Source: Selaginella moellendorffii
Lineage: Eukaryota > Plantae > Lycopodiophyta
Assembly: GCF_000143415.4 (NCBI RefSeq)
Contig: NW_003314267.1
Location: 1,500,100-1,564,099 of the forward strand
Direction: 5' to 3'
Length of the DNA: 64,000 bases
Shown here: piece after piece, positions 25,649 to 39,200 of the stretch
How the letters are laid out: each line of letters starts with the position of its first letter
How positions within the stretch are numbered: the stretch's first letter is position 1
The notes under the pieces: generated by a model
Databases searched by the model: none
Told to the model about the DNA's origin: nothing
Seen by the model: only the letters and a program-made list of their open reading frames with translations
Position numbers and translations under genes: made by a program

Positions 25649-25988
25649 GGTTCCTTACAACTCCACCACCCATAGAAGAGGTTCGATGCCCACATCGAAC
25701 ATCTCTTTTTATCCTACGACTTGTTGACCATGTCTCCAGGGCATCCCCCCACTTAGCGGTATGCCTAAGTTAGCCTCCCCAGCCAAGAGTCCATGACAAC
25801 GAAATATAGGTGTCCCTATACCCCTCACCTCACCACGCCCTAGTATGGGGTCGGGACTTGAACTCAGCCTTGCTTTACTAGGGGTTTGGGACTCGAACCC
25901 AACCTCCGTAGAATACGTCCCAACATATGCCATTGCTCAACTTCACAAATTGATACTTTAATTGAACTTAAGTAAATAGAGTTCTACC

Positions 25989-28900
25989 TTACAAAAATTC
26001 CTCCACTAGATTTTGCGCGTTCGCTAGGTTCTCCTCCAGTTCCCATGTTGCTTCGTAGTGTGGAAATCCTTTCCACTTCACATGGAACTCTCTCACCTCG
26101 CGTCCTTGTTTCTTGCTCTTGCATGCATTGAGGATGGCCTCGACTTCGTATTCCTCTTCCCCTTTGATAACCTCAGGTAAAAGTCTTACTTGGTCCTTGC
26201 GAAGCGGATCCTCAAAGTACGGCTTGAGTAAGTTCACGTGGAACACTGGGTGCATCTTCCCCATCTCTCGAGGAAGTCGGAGACGGTAAGCCATTTTATT
26301 GATTCGTGTCTCAATTTCGTAAGGCCCCGCGAACCTACTTAAGAACTCAAGATCAATTCTTTTACAGGAATACATGCATTTTTACCTTTGGGTCAACTTC
26401 CAGCTAATCCCAGTTGGTAGCCTGAGGTTCTTGGTGTTCAGCCACACCTTCTCCTTAGCTTGGAACTCTACATCCCGATGCTTCTGGTTCGCGTACTTGG
26501 TTTGCCTTTGTTGAGCCCGTTCCAAGGAATCCCTCACTAAATTCCAAATGTTGAGTCTTTCCGCCGTGAATGCCTCCACTGCGGGTAACTCTCCATGATA
26601 CTCGGCCACGCCGAGTTCCACAAGACCTTCAATAGCTCACCTATTGATGACTTCCCATGGACTCACCTCGATACTCGAATGTGGTGAGTTGTTATAACAC
26701 ATTTCCGCAAGTCCCAAATGACTTACCCAATCGGTCTGGTCTCCCAAGACATAGCATCACAAATAATCCTCTAGTTGCCTATTCACCCTTTCCGTTTGTC
26801 TGTCTGTTAAGAAGTGTTAGTGCCATCAAACTTGACTTAATACCCAATACCTGTCTGTGGGTGATAGGTTGTGTTGAATTTCAACTTGGTGCGATATTGT
26901 TTCGGGAGAGTTCTCCAGAACCTACTGGTGAAGATCTTATCTCGATCTGAGATAATCTCTTCTGGCTTTCCCCGTACTCGAACCACTTGTTTGAAGAACA
27001 GTTTCGCCACACCTTCCGCATCCACTTTCGTTGTGGTGGGTATGAAATGTGCCATCTTCGAAAATTGGTCCACCACCATGAATATCGCATCGAACCCCTC
27101 GCTTGGGGGGAGTCTCGTGATGAAGTCCATCGTAAGACATTTCCACGGATGATCTAGAATTGGGATGCTTTGTAACAAGCCCCCACTAGCCTTAGTCACG
27201 ACTTTGACTTATTGACACGTTGGGCATGTCTTTACATAGTCTTGGATGTCCCTAGCTATATCTGGCCAGTGGTACTTCCTCTTGAGTAAACCCATCGTCT
27301 TGGGTATTCCGCCGTGTCCCGCAAGAGGTCCGTCATGACACTCTTCTAAGGCAACCTTCCTTAGTTCCCCTTCTGGAACATACACCCTCGTTTGCTTATA
27401 ATAAATGAGTCCGTTGCGTTCTGCATAGCCTGTTTTCTCTTCTGTTGGCAGCTCACCTCTCTGGTGGGCTTCCTGTGCCTCTAGATTCCGTAGCAACACT
27501 TTTTGTGCTAGACCATCATTCTCATATGCTGTCCACACATCATCCCAAAAGGTTGCTGTTGCGCTGGATACCGCTAACTTCAAGCTCGCTTTTCGACTTA
27601 GCGCATCCGCCACGATGTTGCTCTTCCCAGGCTTGTACAGAATCTCGCAATTGAACTCGGCCAAAGCATTGGCCCACCGACCCTGTTTCCCTCTCAAGTC
27701 AGGCTGTGACAAGAAGTGTTTCGTTGCCACATTGTCCGTGTAAACCTTGAAGTGTTTCCCAAGGTAGTGTTGCCACTCCTTGAGCGCCTTGACCACCGCA
27801 AACAATTCCTTCTCATGGGCAGGCCACTTCTGTTGAGCCTTGTTCAACTTTTTCGAATTGAACGCTACTGGATGGTTGTTTTGCTTCAAAACTGTGCCCA
27901 ACGCAAAGTCTGAAGCATTCGTTTCTACTTCAAAGTCCTTACCAAAGTCTAGTTACGCCAACACAGGAGCCTTCCTAAACTTCCCTTTGAGGTGGACAAA
28001 TGCCGACTCGCATTTTGCTGTCCATACCATCTTCCTTTTTCCCGTTTGGTCAGTTAAGGGCAGGGCTACTCTCAAATAGTGTCTGATAAACTTTCGGTAG
28101 TAGTTGCATAGCCCCAAGAATGCCCTTAACTCGTGTACATTCAATGGTCGCTCCCAATCCTAGATCGCTTGGACCTTCTCAGGGTCCACTTTGAGCCCGT
28201 CCTTGCCCACCACATGCTCGAGAAACTTTACCTCTTGTTAAGCAAAGTCACATTTGCTCTCTTTAGCATACAGCTGGTGCTCCCTTAGTTTCTCGAACAC
28301 CTTCATCAAGTGTTCGGCATGCTCCTCTAGCGTTTCGCTATAGATCAGGATGTCATCAATATAGACAACCACAAAGTGATCCAGATAAGGTACAAAGATG
28401 TGGTTCATAAATGCTGAAAACGTTGCCGGTGCATTGCATAGCCCAAAGGGCATCACTAGGAACTCAAAGCTCCCATACCTTGTTCGATAGGTTGTCTTCT
28501 CGACATCTTCCTCTACTACCTTGATTTGGTAGTATCCTGACTTTAGGTCAATCCTCGAGAAGTATTTTGCCTTTCCCAACCTATCAAATAGGTCCTCTAT
28601 CCTTAGCAAAGGGTACTTGTTTTTCTTTGTATACTTGTTAAGCAACTGGTAGTCTATGCACATGCACATAGATCCATCTTTCTTTTTCACAAATAACACC
28701 AATGCCCCATATGATGACTTGCTCAACCTAACATACCCTTTGTTCACTAACTCCTTTAGTTGGCACTTGAGCTCCTCGAGTTCTTTTTTGTTCAAACGAT
28801 AGGGGGGACGAACCACCGCCTTAGCACCCTCGACTAGCTCAATTTTATGTTCTATCAGTCGTGCGGGGGGCAACCCCGCTGGTAGCTCCTCTGGCATGGT

Positions 28901-30722
28901 ATCCTGGAATTGGTCTAACACTTGTTGGATCACTAAAGGTACTTCTGTTCCCATCTCTTTATCACTCTTCACCGAGAGTAAGCATAAAAATGTTGCCTTG
29001 GTTCCTTTAGTGAGTTGTCTTCTTGTGGACACCAGGTTTAGGCAGGAATCTTTGGCCTTGCATTGCCCTACACTTTAGATCCTGGGCCTCTACCTTGGAT
29101 CTTCTTCCTTGGGCATTTGCTAGTACCATAAGGTTCCTACCTTGTCCATGCAAGGCTACCACGAATCCATTGAACCAATCCATCCCGAAGATCACGTCAA
29201 ATCCCGCCATGTCCAACATGGTGAAATCCATGTCTACTTTCGATGTCCCTACTTCGACTCTCGCTTGTTGAAGTACCTCATCGGTGCGTTGGCTACCTTG
29301 AACAAACTCTATAGTCCTTGGTTCGCCCAGCCGCTGCACCGTTAGTCCGGCTTGCCAGACTATGTATGCAGCCACACAATTATCCGAAGCACCCGTGTCA
29401 ATAAGGATCTTAAGAAAGCTACCTCTGAGCTTCCCTCGGAGGGCTAATAGATGTTGTGAACGACTCTCTACCAAAGTTGCTCGTGTAATGAGTAACTTTG
29501 AGCTAGGGACTGGATCACATACCTCATTTTGGATTTCACCCAACTTAATGGCCATATTGGCTCTGGCCTTCTTCGGGTAGGGACATTCTCTCGAAAAGTG
29601 TCCCGTTTCACCACAGTTGTAGCATACATTGTTTCCCACACTGCTAACCGACTTGACCTTCTTATCCATGGGTTTCTCTCTTTTTGCTTGACTCCCCCAC
29701 GTATTTGCTCGCTAGCCACCGGATTTACCTTTCTGGAACCCCGAGGACTCATTCTTAGAGAAACCCTTCTTGAATTTCCCTTTACTATACGTTCCCCTTG
29801 GTTTGGCCCCTTTGCTAAATGTGGACCCCGACCCTGTCGTGTTCCCCTTTTGCAGATTATCGTTGAAATGCACCTTTATGGCCGCATCCAACGCTTCCTT
29901 GTAGTTGGTCGGGTTCCAGTGCATCACCTCTCTGCGAGCCCAGGTTTGCAAGCCTGATATGAAGGCATGGAACGCATCCATATCCCCCATGTCTGTGACA
30001 AGTATCCTCTTTGCCATAAATCCATTCATATACTCCTGAATGGTTCCAGTCTACTTCAGTCTACTCAGCTCGTCTCTTAGATGCAGAGTAGCATTCGGAG
30101 GAATGTAAGTCGCGCAGATCCTCACCTTCATCATGTTCCAAGTGGCCACCGGTCCTTCATTGGCCTCCGTCGTTCTCCACCAAGACTTGGCATTATCTGC
30201 CAAGTATGGTTTTGCACATGGAACCTTCTCCGAGCTTGGTAATCGCAACGCTCAGAAGTAGTCCTCCATATCGTAAAACCAATCCTCCAAGACCTTATAG
30301 TCGTTCACTCCCTTGAAGACCGGTGGGGACTTTGGTTTGTACTTGGGAACTGCTTGAGGGACTAATTCCACTTCGGTTTGTTTAACCTTGTTTGGTTCTG
30401 CCTTAGTCCCTATTGAAGGGTCCGCACCTTTTGTGCTACCAGCATCCGTGGTCTTTCGCTTTTTCTTCCGCTTCTCATCATGCTTTAGCTTGCGTACGAG
30501 AGTCTCTAGCAGGGCATTGGTCTGTGCCAATTGTCCTTCTAAAACGTCCAATCGAGCCTTGGATGATCGAATCTCGCCACCAGACTTCTGTTTGGAAGTT
30601 TCCTCACTGGAATCCTCCTCATGCAAGGATTCCTCATCCATAGCCTCTTGTTCGACTGGAGGCTCTAGCTCTAGCGGAGGTTCTGTCTCCGCCTTGGTTC
30701 ATTTACGCTCTGCCTTTGCCAT
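25989..30722 (-). pseudogene. gag-pol of chromovirus A (stops and frameshifts; two intron-like inserts in the integrase)
   Basis: CYNCGETGHFSREC zinc knuckle, LIDTGAS protease, [11 protein letters not shown], RNase H, GHGG..CPTCQ integrase zinc finger, MDFIT/ISDRD core, FAGPY and EYEVEAIL..VKWKGF..ATWE chromodomain. Confidence 0.95.
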
Positions 30723-31526
30723 TTCCCAGCAATCCACCTCTATCCTTCGCTAGAACTGAGGAAAAGGCTCCGATACCAAATTGTAAGCCACAAATTTTTC
30801 CTTTCTAATTTGCCAACTTACCTTGTATATTCGACCAACACTGCCTTGGCTTTTGCTAAGTTCCCTCGCAAGGTTCCCGCTTATTGTACTAGCTCCTACT
30901 TGGTCCTACTTGGTTTCAGCTACTCACTGCACGGGCAACAGAGCATTAGCTATCCATCCATGGATTCCCAAATCTCTCCCAATCCCCCTCCCTAGGTTAG
31001 ACTGGACTTAAGGTTAGGCTACACTCCCCGCAGGCACAAGCAGCCAAGCACACCAAGCCTCCAAGTTCGTAACATCCCTTGGTACAACAAGACTTGATCA
31101 TAGGACCCTCTAAATCCCAAGCCTTGGATATGACACTTGCTTTGGGACACCAGGGCAAAACACCGTGGCATAACGACCCGGTATGGGTACCTCTAGCCCC
31201 CCACTTCTATCCCGAAGGGAAGGCCCAAGCCCCTAGGAAGGGCGAGGACCAATGAGCCACAAGGTACTTAAGTGGGGCATTACTCCACATGAGCCGGGAG
31301 CACTGCAATCGATTTCCCTTTCGGGAGTGGGAGCTGCTCTTGAGCACTTCCTTGGGTGGCCCCCCCGACACCACCCGAGTCCATGCTCACTCCCACCCAA
31401 GGCCCCTCGTCCCCAGTCTCAACCTCAAGTCAGTTTGGAAGCACCACTAGAGAGTTCCTTCAAGACTGGTTCCTGGACCTCACTATCCCTACTATACTTT
31501 TGGAACCCCCTACAGCCCCCACCCCC

Positions 31527-32273
31527 CACTCGGATCATTGTTTTCATCTCTGCATATGCAACAAGACTAGATGCCCAATCTAATTGGATAGTACTCGCCA
31601 AGACTCATTCTTTGATACAAAAATGTAGCACACTTGGTTTTTACCCTTTATCCTATGGTGATTTACCATAGGATAACCATAAAACAGAATCTAAAACCTT
31701 CATGTGCCACGTGTCACATGCCATGTGTCCAAAGGATGGTGTGGAACCCGAGTTTCAAGGCCTTGGGCCACTAAATGAAGGAACAGTGCCAAACTCCTAA
31801 GCATGGAGCCAAGGAGTGATGGAACCGGACCACAGAGCAACTCTTAAACATATAGCCTAAGAAGCAAAGGGACATGAGCACGAAGTGACTTGGAACAGTC
31901 CTAAAGCAACTAGCATCCCAATGCTAGGACCAGTATGCAAAATAGAGTTAAATGAAGTTTACCATTATTTCAACATACCGGTGGCCTAATGCGAGGATAT
32001 GGGTACTCCACTAACTGGCATAGTGTGGAACTTGGGCTTAGACCCAAGCCGGATGCAAAACAAAGATAGGCACACAAGCGGCAGCTAAACTATACCTCAA
32101 GTTGGTTAGCCATACGCAACCAACCCACTATCCCTACTATACATTTGGTATAGTTGGGATCCCCCCCCCCCCCACCCCCCCACCCCCCCTCTTGAGGAAC
32201 ACATGCTTTGGGCTTTCACCGCAAGCCTCCTTTAGTATCAGGAGTTAGTCTTTGGGACAAGCTCAAAACTTAC
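31527..32273 (-). mobile_element. Family D LTR fragment (probable 5' LTR of copy 3), cut by element E
   Basis: Colinear with 9536-10250. Stops abruptly at TGTCAAGACC (32274). Confidence 0.8.
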
Positions 32274-35273
32274 TGTCAAGACCCCCAACAAGATTAGGAC
32301 TGGAAAATGTAGAAGACAAAGAGAAAAGTTAGTGGAAACAAGGAAAAGGCCTTAGACTAACATTGATTCAGATTGTGGAGAAATGGAACAAAGCTAACCT
32401 ATATATACTATACGTTGATGAAGCTCCACCACTCTTGGATCGAGGATGGCCTAAATATAGTTGAGGTCGAGGAGACGCGACGTCATCATTAGGAATGTGG
32501 CTCAAGACTTAGAAATTGTACAGGAAATCAGAAAGTCAGGAATAGGGAAGTGTCTCGAGAGTCAGAAATAGGGAAGTGTCTCAAGAGTCAAGAATGTGGT
32601 CTGCGGGTCAGGAATCCGGCGAGAGTCAGGAATGTGGCAAGAATTGGGGGATTCCTGACAGCACCCCCTCCTCAAGAACGAATGGAACAAGGACGATGAG
32701 AACGAAAAGGAGTATGAGATGGGTGGCGAGGGATGGAAGATGGAAAATGAAAAGAATGAGGACTAGGATGAGAAGGATAGCGGCGGTGGAAGTTTTGAAC
32801 AAGGTCAGGAGAATGAATCAGGTTGTTCATAGGTTCCCAAGTGCGTTCCTCAGGTCCGTAACCCTTCTAGTCTACCAGATAGTAGAGTTTAGACCGTGAG
32901 ATCTTGGAATCAAGGATGTCTTGAACCTTGTACTCAAACCCATCCTCGAGTTGCACTGGTGGAGGCGGAGGAATGACCTGATTTGGAATAGGACTGGGAA
33001 TATAAAGCACAAGGAGAGAGGAGTGAAAAACGGGGTGAATTTGATATGAGGAAGGAAGTACAAGGTGATAAGTGACAGGATTAATGATGGTAGTGATAGC
33101 GAAAGGGTTGAGGCGTTTGAAATTGAGTTTGGGACATGGCCTGGTGGTGGAGATATTTCACTTGAGGAGCCAGACTTTATCCCCGATATTGTAAGGGGGA
33201 CAATCCTGATGATGGACATTGGCAAATGTTTTGTGAGATTCCTGAGCATGATGGAGGTCGAAGGAGATGGAGTTGTGGATTTCCTGGAGGATGGAGACAA
33301 ATGCCTCAGAGCGGGGATTTAAACAAGAGGATTTGGATGGAGAAGGAAGTGAGAGATTGAATTGGGGATTTCAGCCAGAGTTTGCAAAAAAGGGGGAAAC
33401 TCGAAGGGAGAAGTGAATAGAGTTGTTTTAGGAGAACTCAGCAAGGGGAAGGATATCGAACTAGTCATCCAAATGATAGTTGATGAAGCACCTCAAGAAT
33501 TGTTCCAACGTCTGAATCATTCGCTCGAACTGTCCATCAGTTTGAGGATGATACGCTGAAGAGAGGTTGGCCTTCACTCCAAGTAGCTGCAAGAACCGTT
33601 GCCAGAAATGAGAGATGAACTGAGGTCCCCGATCCAAAACCATATCTACAGGAATCCCATGAAGTCGGAAAATTTCCTTGAATACCAGTTTTGCCATGTC
33701 CTCGCCCGAAAACTCCTTGGTACATGGTAGGAAGTGCGCCATCATTGTGAAGCGATCCAGCATGACTAAAATGCTGTTGAAGCCTCCAGAACTCGAAAGA
33801 TCACTCAAGAAATCCATGGAGATGGATTCCCAAAGACCTGAAGGGACTGGGAGGGAACGAAGCAAACTTGAAGGAAAGTGGCGAGGTATGTTATTCCGAG
33901 CGCAAGTGTCACAGGAGGTAACAAAAGCTTTGATGTAATCGTCCATGTGAGGCCACCAAAAGTCCCGTGCAACCAGCTTATAGGTTTTCGCAATGCCGAA
34001 GTGACCAGTAGTCGGGCTATCGTGGCACGCCATCAAGACCAACCTTCGAGCATCACCTTTAGGAACGTAAAGATGCTCCCTATGGTACAACAAGCCATCT
34101 TAGAACTTGAACTCGTCAAATCGCCAATAGTCGGGAGTCATTAGGTGTCCAGTCTGAAGATGGGGGAAAATGTCACTGGCGAGGTCGTCAGATTGAAGAT
34201 TGTTTCTAATCGCATCCATCAAGGAGGAGTCCTGAGGGGCTACGGAAATTGCCATAACTTGAAATCAATCAAGACCGAGGATAACATGATCCTATTGATC
34301 GAAGGCAGGATTACCAGGCTTGAGATTGAGATAGGAGCGCCTTGAAAGAGCATCAGGAAGGCCTTGAAGCTTTTTAGGTCTGTACTTGATAACAAAGTCA
34401 AACCAACTCAAGAATTGTGCCCACCTTGTTTGACGACGGCTCAAAACTCGGGAAGTGACAAAGTACTCAAGATTTTTGTGATCCATCTAGACCGTTGTTT
34501 GATGGCTCGCCCCCTCCAAGAAACGATGCCACTCTCCAAAGGAATCCACGATGGCAAGGAGCTCCTTGTCGTGGATTTCATAATTGATCTCCGCAGGCTG
34601 GAATTTCCGAGAATGGAAAGCGACCGGATGAAATTCCTGATCTGCTCCGAGTTGAGACAGCACAACACCGATGGCAAAGTCGGAGGTGTCTGCCTCGATG
34701 AAGAAAGGTTGTGAGGGATCAGCGTGGATCAAGACAGGAGCAGAACTAAAGGCCGCCTTGAGTGTGTCGAAGGCCTGCTAAGCAGCAGCAAACCAAGAGA
34801 AGGGAACATCCTTGTGAGTGAGATGCGTGAGAGGAAGGACAATGTCAGAGTAGTGATCAATGAATTTGCGGTAAAAGTTGGTGAGCCAAGGAAAACCTGA
34901 ACATCCGACATTGATTGTGGAGGCTCCCATTCAAGAATAGTCTTGAATTTGGCACAATCCATCGTGATACCCTTAGGAGTGACAATGTACCCAAGGAACT
35001 CCATAGACTTTTGATTGAAGGAACATTTCTTAAACTTCGCGTATAGGCTGTATTCCCGCAGCTTCGCCAACACCTTGTGCACATGTTTGTTGTGCTCCTC
35101 CTGAGTTTTTGATTAAATGAGGATGTTGTCGAGGTAGACGATCACCATCTGGTCAAGAAACTCCCAAAAGACATCGTTTGCCATGTGTTGGAAAACTGCT
35201 GGAGCATTTGTCAAGCCAAATGGCATGACAGTGGCCATAGCGAGTTCAGAACATAGTCTTTCATTCATCGCCA
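32274..35273 (-). mobile_element. 5'-truncated Ty3/gypsy chromovirus E (Tcn1-like): 3' LTR 32274-32660, chromodomain-integrase, RNase H, partial RT
   Basis: TG...CA LTR of 387 bp next to PPT CTTGAGGAGGGGGTGC. Minus-strand remnants [63 protein letters not shown] and SAYHPQTDGQ. Chromodomain remnant EYKVQDILDSK..YLVD*KGYGPEERTWEP at ~32790-32945. Confidence 0.9.
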
Positions 35274-35560
35274 CTGGATAGTCTAGGATTGTTCCAAGTC
35301 GCTCTGGGCTCTTGTCCCTTTGCTCCTTAGGCTGTATGCTCGGGAGTTGCTCCCCGGACTGGTTCTATCACTCCTTGGCTCCATGTTTGGGATTTTATCA
35401 CCATTCCTTTGTTCAGTGGCCTAAGGCTTTGAACCTCAGGTTCCGCACCATTGTCCTTTGGACACGTGGCATATGACATGTGGCATGTGTCACGTGGCAT
35501 AAAGAGGGTTTAGGTTCTGCTTCGTGGTGTTATCCTATGGTAAATCACCATAGGATAAAG
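35274..35560 (+). mobile_element. Family D LTR fragment; the DNA transposon begins where homology stops
   Basis: Colinear with 61705-61990 up to ...CACCATAGGATAAAG, then unrelated sequence. Confidence 0.8.
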
Positions 35561-36249
35561 AAGCTCTATTTCGTTAAAGTGGGATTTATTCAGTAAAATG
35601 GGACTAGGTACAAATTTTCAAGTATTTGAAAATGACGTGAAATTATATGTTTTTTGTCCAGGGGCTAGACATATCTGGGGCATGGTGACTAGCGCGGTGA
35701 TTTTGTGTCCAGACTGAGTCCATCTGGTTGTATAATAAATCTCATTGTCAAGGTGAACAAACCGAATCTGAAGCAAAAGAAGAGTGATGGCATGCGCGCA
35801 CACACTATTTGTTTGTTCATTGAGCATGTGGTGAGCTTTCCAAGATGAACGTCATTCCTATTAGCCAGACATATAACTTAATCGTGAGAACATTTAGATA
35901 TTATTCAATGTTATCTTTTTCTAACGAATCTAATTGTGAAGGTGTAGCAAGAGGCATTGCTAGTCTGGAGAAGTCATTTAACTCATTTGACCCTTAGTGT
36001 ATTTTCATGAAACTAAATAACATTCATATTATTAAGGAATTTCTCTAGTACCTTTTTTTTACGACATAGAGGCTTGCATTTCTTTCAAAGGTGATTTAGT
36101 AAAAGGCCTGAGGGCACATGCCATTCTATTTCTCAGACCGGTATTAAGATATACTAGTGCAAAGGGCCACATGCCATCACGCCTCCTCTGATTCAGATTC
36201 GGATTGTTCACCTTGAAATAAAATACATTAGAAACTTAGTAAAGGAATA

Positions 36250-39200
36250 TTAATGAATCTCACCTTGAACCCGGGTTATGAATGCTCTTGCTGCATCTCT
36301 TGCATGGTCTGGCAAGGTGATGGTGGCACTCTGCTTCCGCATCCAACCATCCACAACATTATCCACCGATATGCTCATGCTGGGATCCCTTGGATTCAGC
36401 ACCCATCTCTTTTCTAGGCAATCCTTCGTATATCCGGAACTTGGCTTGAACCACTCCACAGTTACATTGAAGGAGTTAGTTTCCGCGTCCTCCTCTGCAT
36501 CAGTGATGCAGCGCCCCACCCATATCATTTGTTTTTTATTACTGGGTCTGACAAGCACGACCATTCCTTTGCAGACCTGTACTGGATTGAATGCTGAATC
36601 CGGCTTCTTGTTCCTCGGCCCACAATAGTGATCCTCAACATCGTTATCTGTCACTGCATTTCTAGAGGACATTGTTCTGCTACTATCTGGTGCTCTGGGT
36701 TTTGGCCAAAAGGACTCTTCCAATTCTTCATATACAACCGGCCCATTTTGGATAGTAGATATAATCTTCTCCCAGTATTCGAGCAAAGGCTTGCACCTCT
36801 TAAAATAGGATTCTCCACCAAACACCAACCCCCTCTTCCAGAAGGCAATATGCTGTCTAATCCCGGCCACTATACTTTCCTGGTCTTTGAGTCCATCCGG
36901 GTGCATCGGCCTGGGGAACCCTGAGGAATCATAGGTTCCCCAGTTATGGGATCTCTCTTGAAGAGTTCAATGCCATCCACTGGCAGCCACACTGTGTCCC
37001 ATTCTCTCATCTTGTACCTCATCACTGGAGCACCGTCACGCATGCTGAAATGAAACTGAAGAGGCTTGGAGTGGCCAATCAGCGTTTCGGATCCGTCCCT
37101 GATGTAGCCTCTTACAAACCCCTTAAATTCTGGAACCTCTGTCACAAGTGCAGCTTCAACAGTGCCTTTGATGCAATTTTGGAATTCATCGTAGAGTTGT
37201 GGGAGGGTGAGGACATTGGATCGCCGGAGGGACTCTGCCAGGTGACTGAACATGGCATCGACGTCTTCATGAGTGTGCCCAACCATGAGAAAGCCAAGTG
37301 TAACCGTTTCAAATATGCCTTTGGCAACAAGCATCGCCAAGTACGCGAAGACGTACATGTTTTTGTTCTCACTGCCAGCATTGTCTGTTTGGAGCAGAAG
37401 ATGGGGTGGAAGGCCACATCGGCCGCAAGAACTTCCTTGAGATTCTGCTTCGTTTGGATGAGGCTGTGCATTCACCGGGCGACTAGCCTCGTCGGAATGG
37501 CATGAGGCCTCACGTGATAACCCTACAATCTGACGGCCAACATATTCACTGGGATGGCATGGGGCCCCACGCAATACTGCAAGCCTTTGCTCCTCCTCCA
37601 GCTGAACCCTGTATGGGGTTCGATCGACAAGGGCCTTATGCAAGGGTTGGCCGTTCAGCTCAGTCTGCGCACTTTGCAGAGACCTTAAGTGTTTTGCTAG
37701 GGACGCAATCATCATGTTTGCACCCCCGCCACCCCATAAAGAAGTTCCCATAGTTCTGGGCACCATGCCCATGAGCGATTATGCCAAACAGAGACACAGG
37801 CAGCTGCATGGATGAAGAGATTGCCTTGGGGGCAGGATTGAGTCGAGGTAAGCACGTCTTTTTCTAGTCCATTTTGTCGTGGATGATGCAGAGGTAAGAG
37901 TCAGGTCTCTCCATGGAGAGAATCCTGTTATGATAATATGCAGTCCTACAGCTTCTCTGCTCGATGTTGTGGTCGAGCCGCCTTCTAACCAACGTCTCTC
38001 GCTCTTGAGCGCTGCAAGAATTCTTCGACAAAGCCATTTTGATAGCAGTGCACTCGTCACACTTTGAAAAGCTGGAGTACTTTCCTATACTCACATCCCT
38101 GAACCTGTTGCTCCACAATCTACTAAATCTAGATTGGCTCAGCTTCCTGTAGCCATTACTCTGGAGTTCCCGATTCACATCTTCCAATATGGCCCCCTTG
38201 GTATACATGGAAGGGAGAACTCGTTGGGTGTCTCGTGTTCCATCTTCCAAGAGGCGGGTTTAATGTGGTTGCTGCTCGCTACATGTCTCGACAAACCTCT
38301 TGAAGATTGCCTCTCCATATACAACATGACCCCTGGTTTTGTGCGTACCGTCGTTCCCATGGACTGCCTGTTGAACCCTTTGTTCCTCGAACTCAGTTTT
38401 GATTCTGTAGAATGTGCTTCGAGGGACTCCATAAATGATTCTCCATGCCTTCATGCAGACCAAACCCCTCTGGAAGACCATGCCCCCCACCTGATGTTCT
38501 GAAGCATCAACAGATGACCGTAATGCCTCATACACAAAATTGCGAGCTGCCTTCCAGGACAATGTCTTGTATCTTGCTCTCTCCTCTTCAATAGCATCCC
38601 AATCAGCATGTTGACAGCACCTCCTCTTGCAACAAGCAACTGTCGAGACCATTCGAACCTCCATCGCCATTTTCTGCCTTTTCGGTTCGTTGCTCAGATC
38701 CCTTTGGCTGCGCTGTAGGAAGGTGTACTTTCTTTTCCCATGAAGAGATGTTCTGTCATCAGTTGTAGTGGTGTTTGATTGTGAATCCTTCACATTCTCA
38801 AACACTAAATGCCTCAATTTCCACCGCACAATGCTTCCAATAGTCAGACTGTTTTCTTCTGTGTCAACAACCTCTAAAATCGCAACTCCAATATCATCCC
38901 AGCCCAATTCTTGATTAGCAACCGCATCTCTTGGATCGACAACTGTGGCTAAGCCCTCAGCTACCACCTCCCCCTCGGGGTTGTTTAGAAACACCTTTGC
39001 CTGAATCCATGTAACACGGTTCTTAAGATCCACAGAGGGAACATGCGTCGCACTTGCGCTGTCCCCAACATCTGCTTTCTTCTGCAGATTTTTCAAGGCA
39101 ACAACAACATTTACCCCGACGACCATCTCTCCTCGTTCAATAGCGACCACATTCCCATCGAAGACAGTCTCTACTGATACAGCAGCATTGCCTTCCCCAA

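Larger units (their letters stand above)
22926..31527 (-). mobile_element. Ty3/gypsy chromovirus copy A (3' LTR 22926-25659 interrupted by a solo LTR; 5' LTR 30782-~31527 truncated)
   Basis: Direct-repeat LTRs starting T(G/A)TAAGCCACAAATTTTTCC. PBS TGGTATCGGAGCC (tRNA-iMet type) at ~30766-30778. PPT ATGGGTGGTGGAGT at 25660-25673. Order gag-PR-RT-RH-IN-chromodomain. Confidence 0.95.

Noticed and set aside
35560-35640. Terminal inverted repeat / TSD of the DNA transposon
   Set aside because: The left junction is sharp and has a repeated TAAARTGGGA, but I found no reverse-complement partner in the window, so TIR, TSD and Sola subgroup cannot be assigned.
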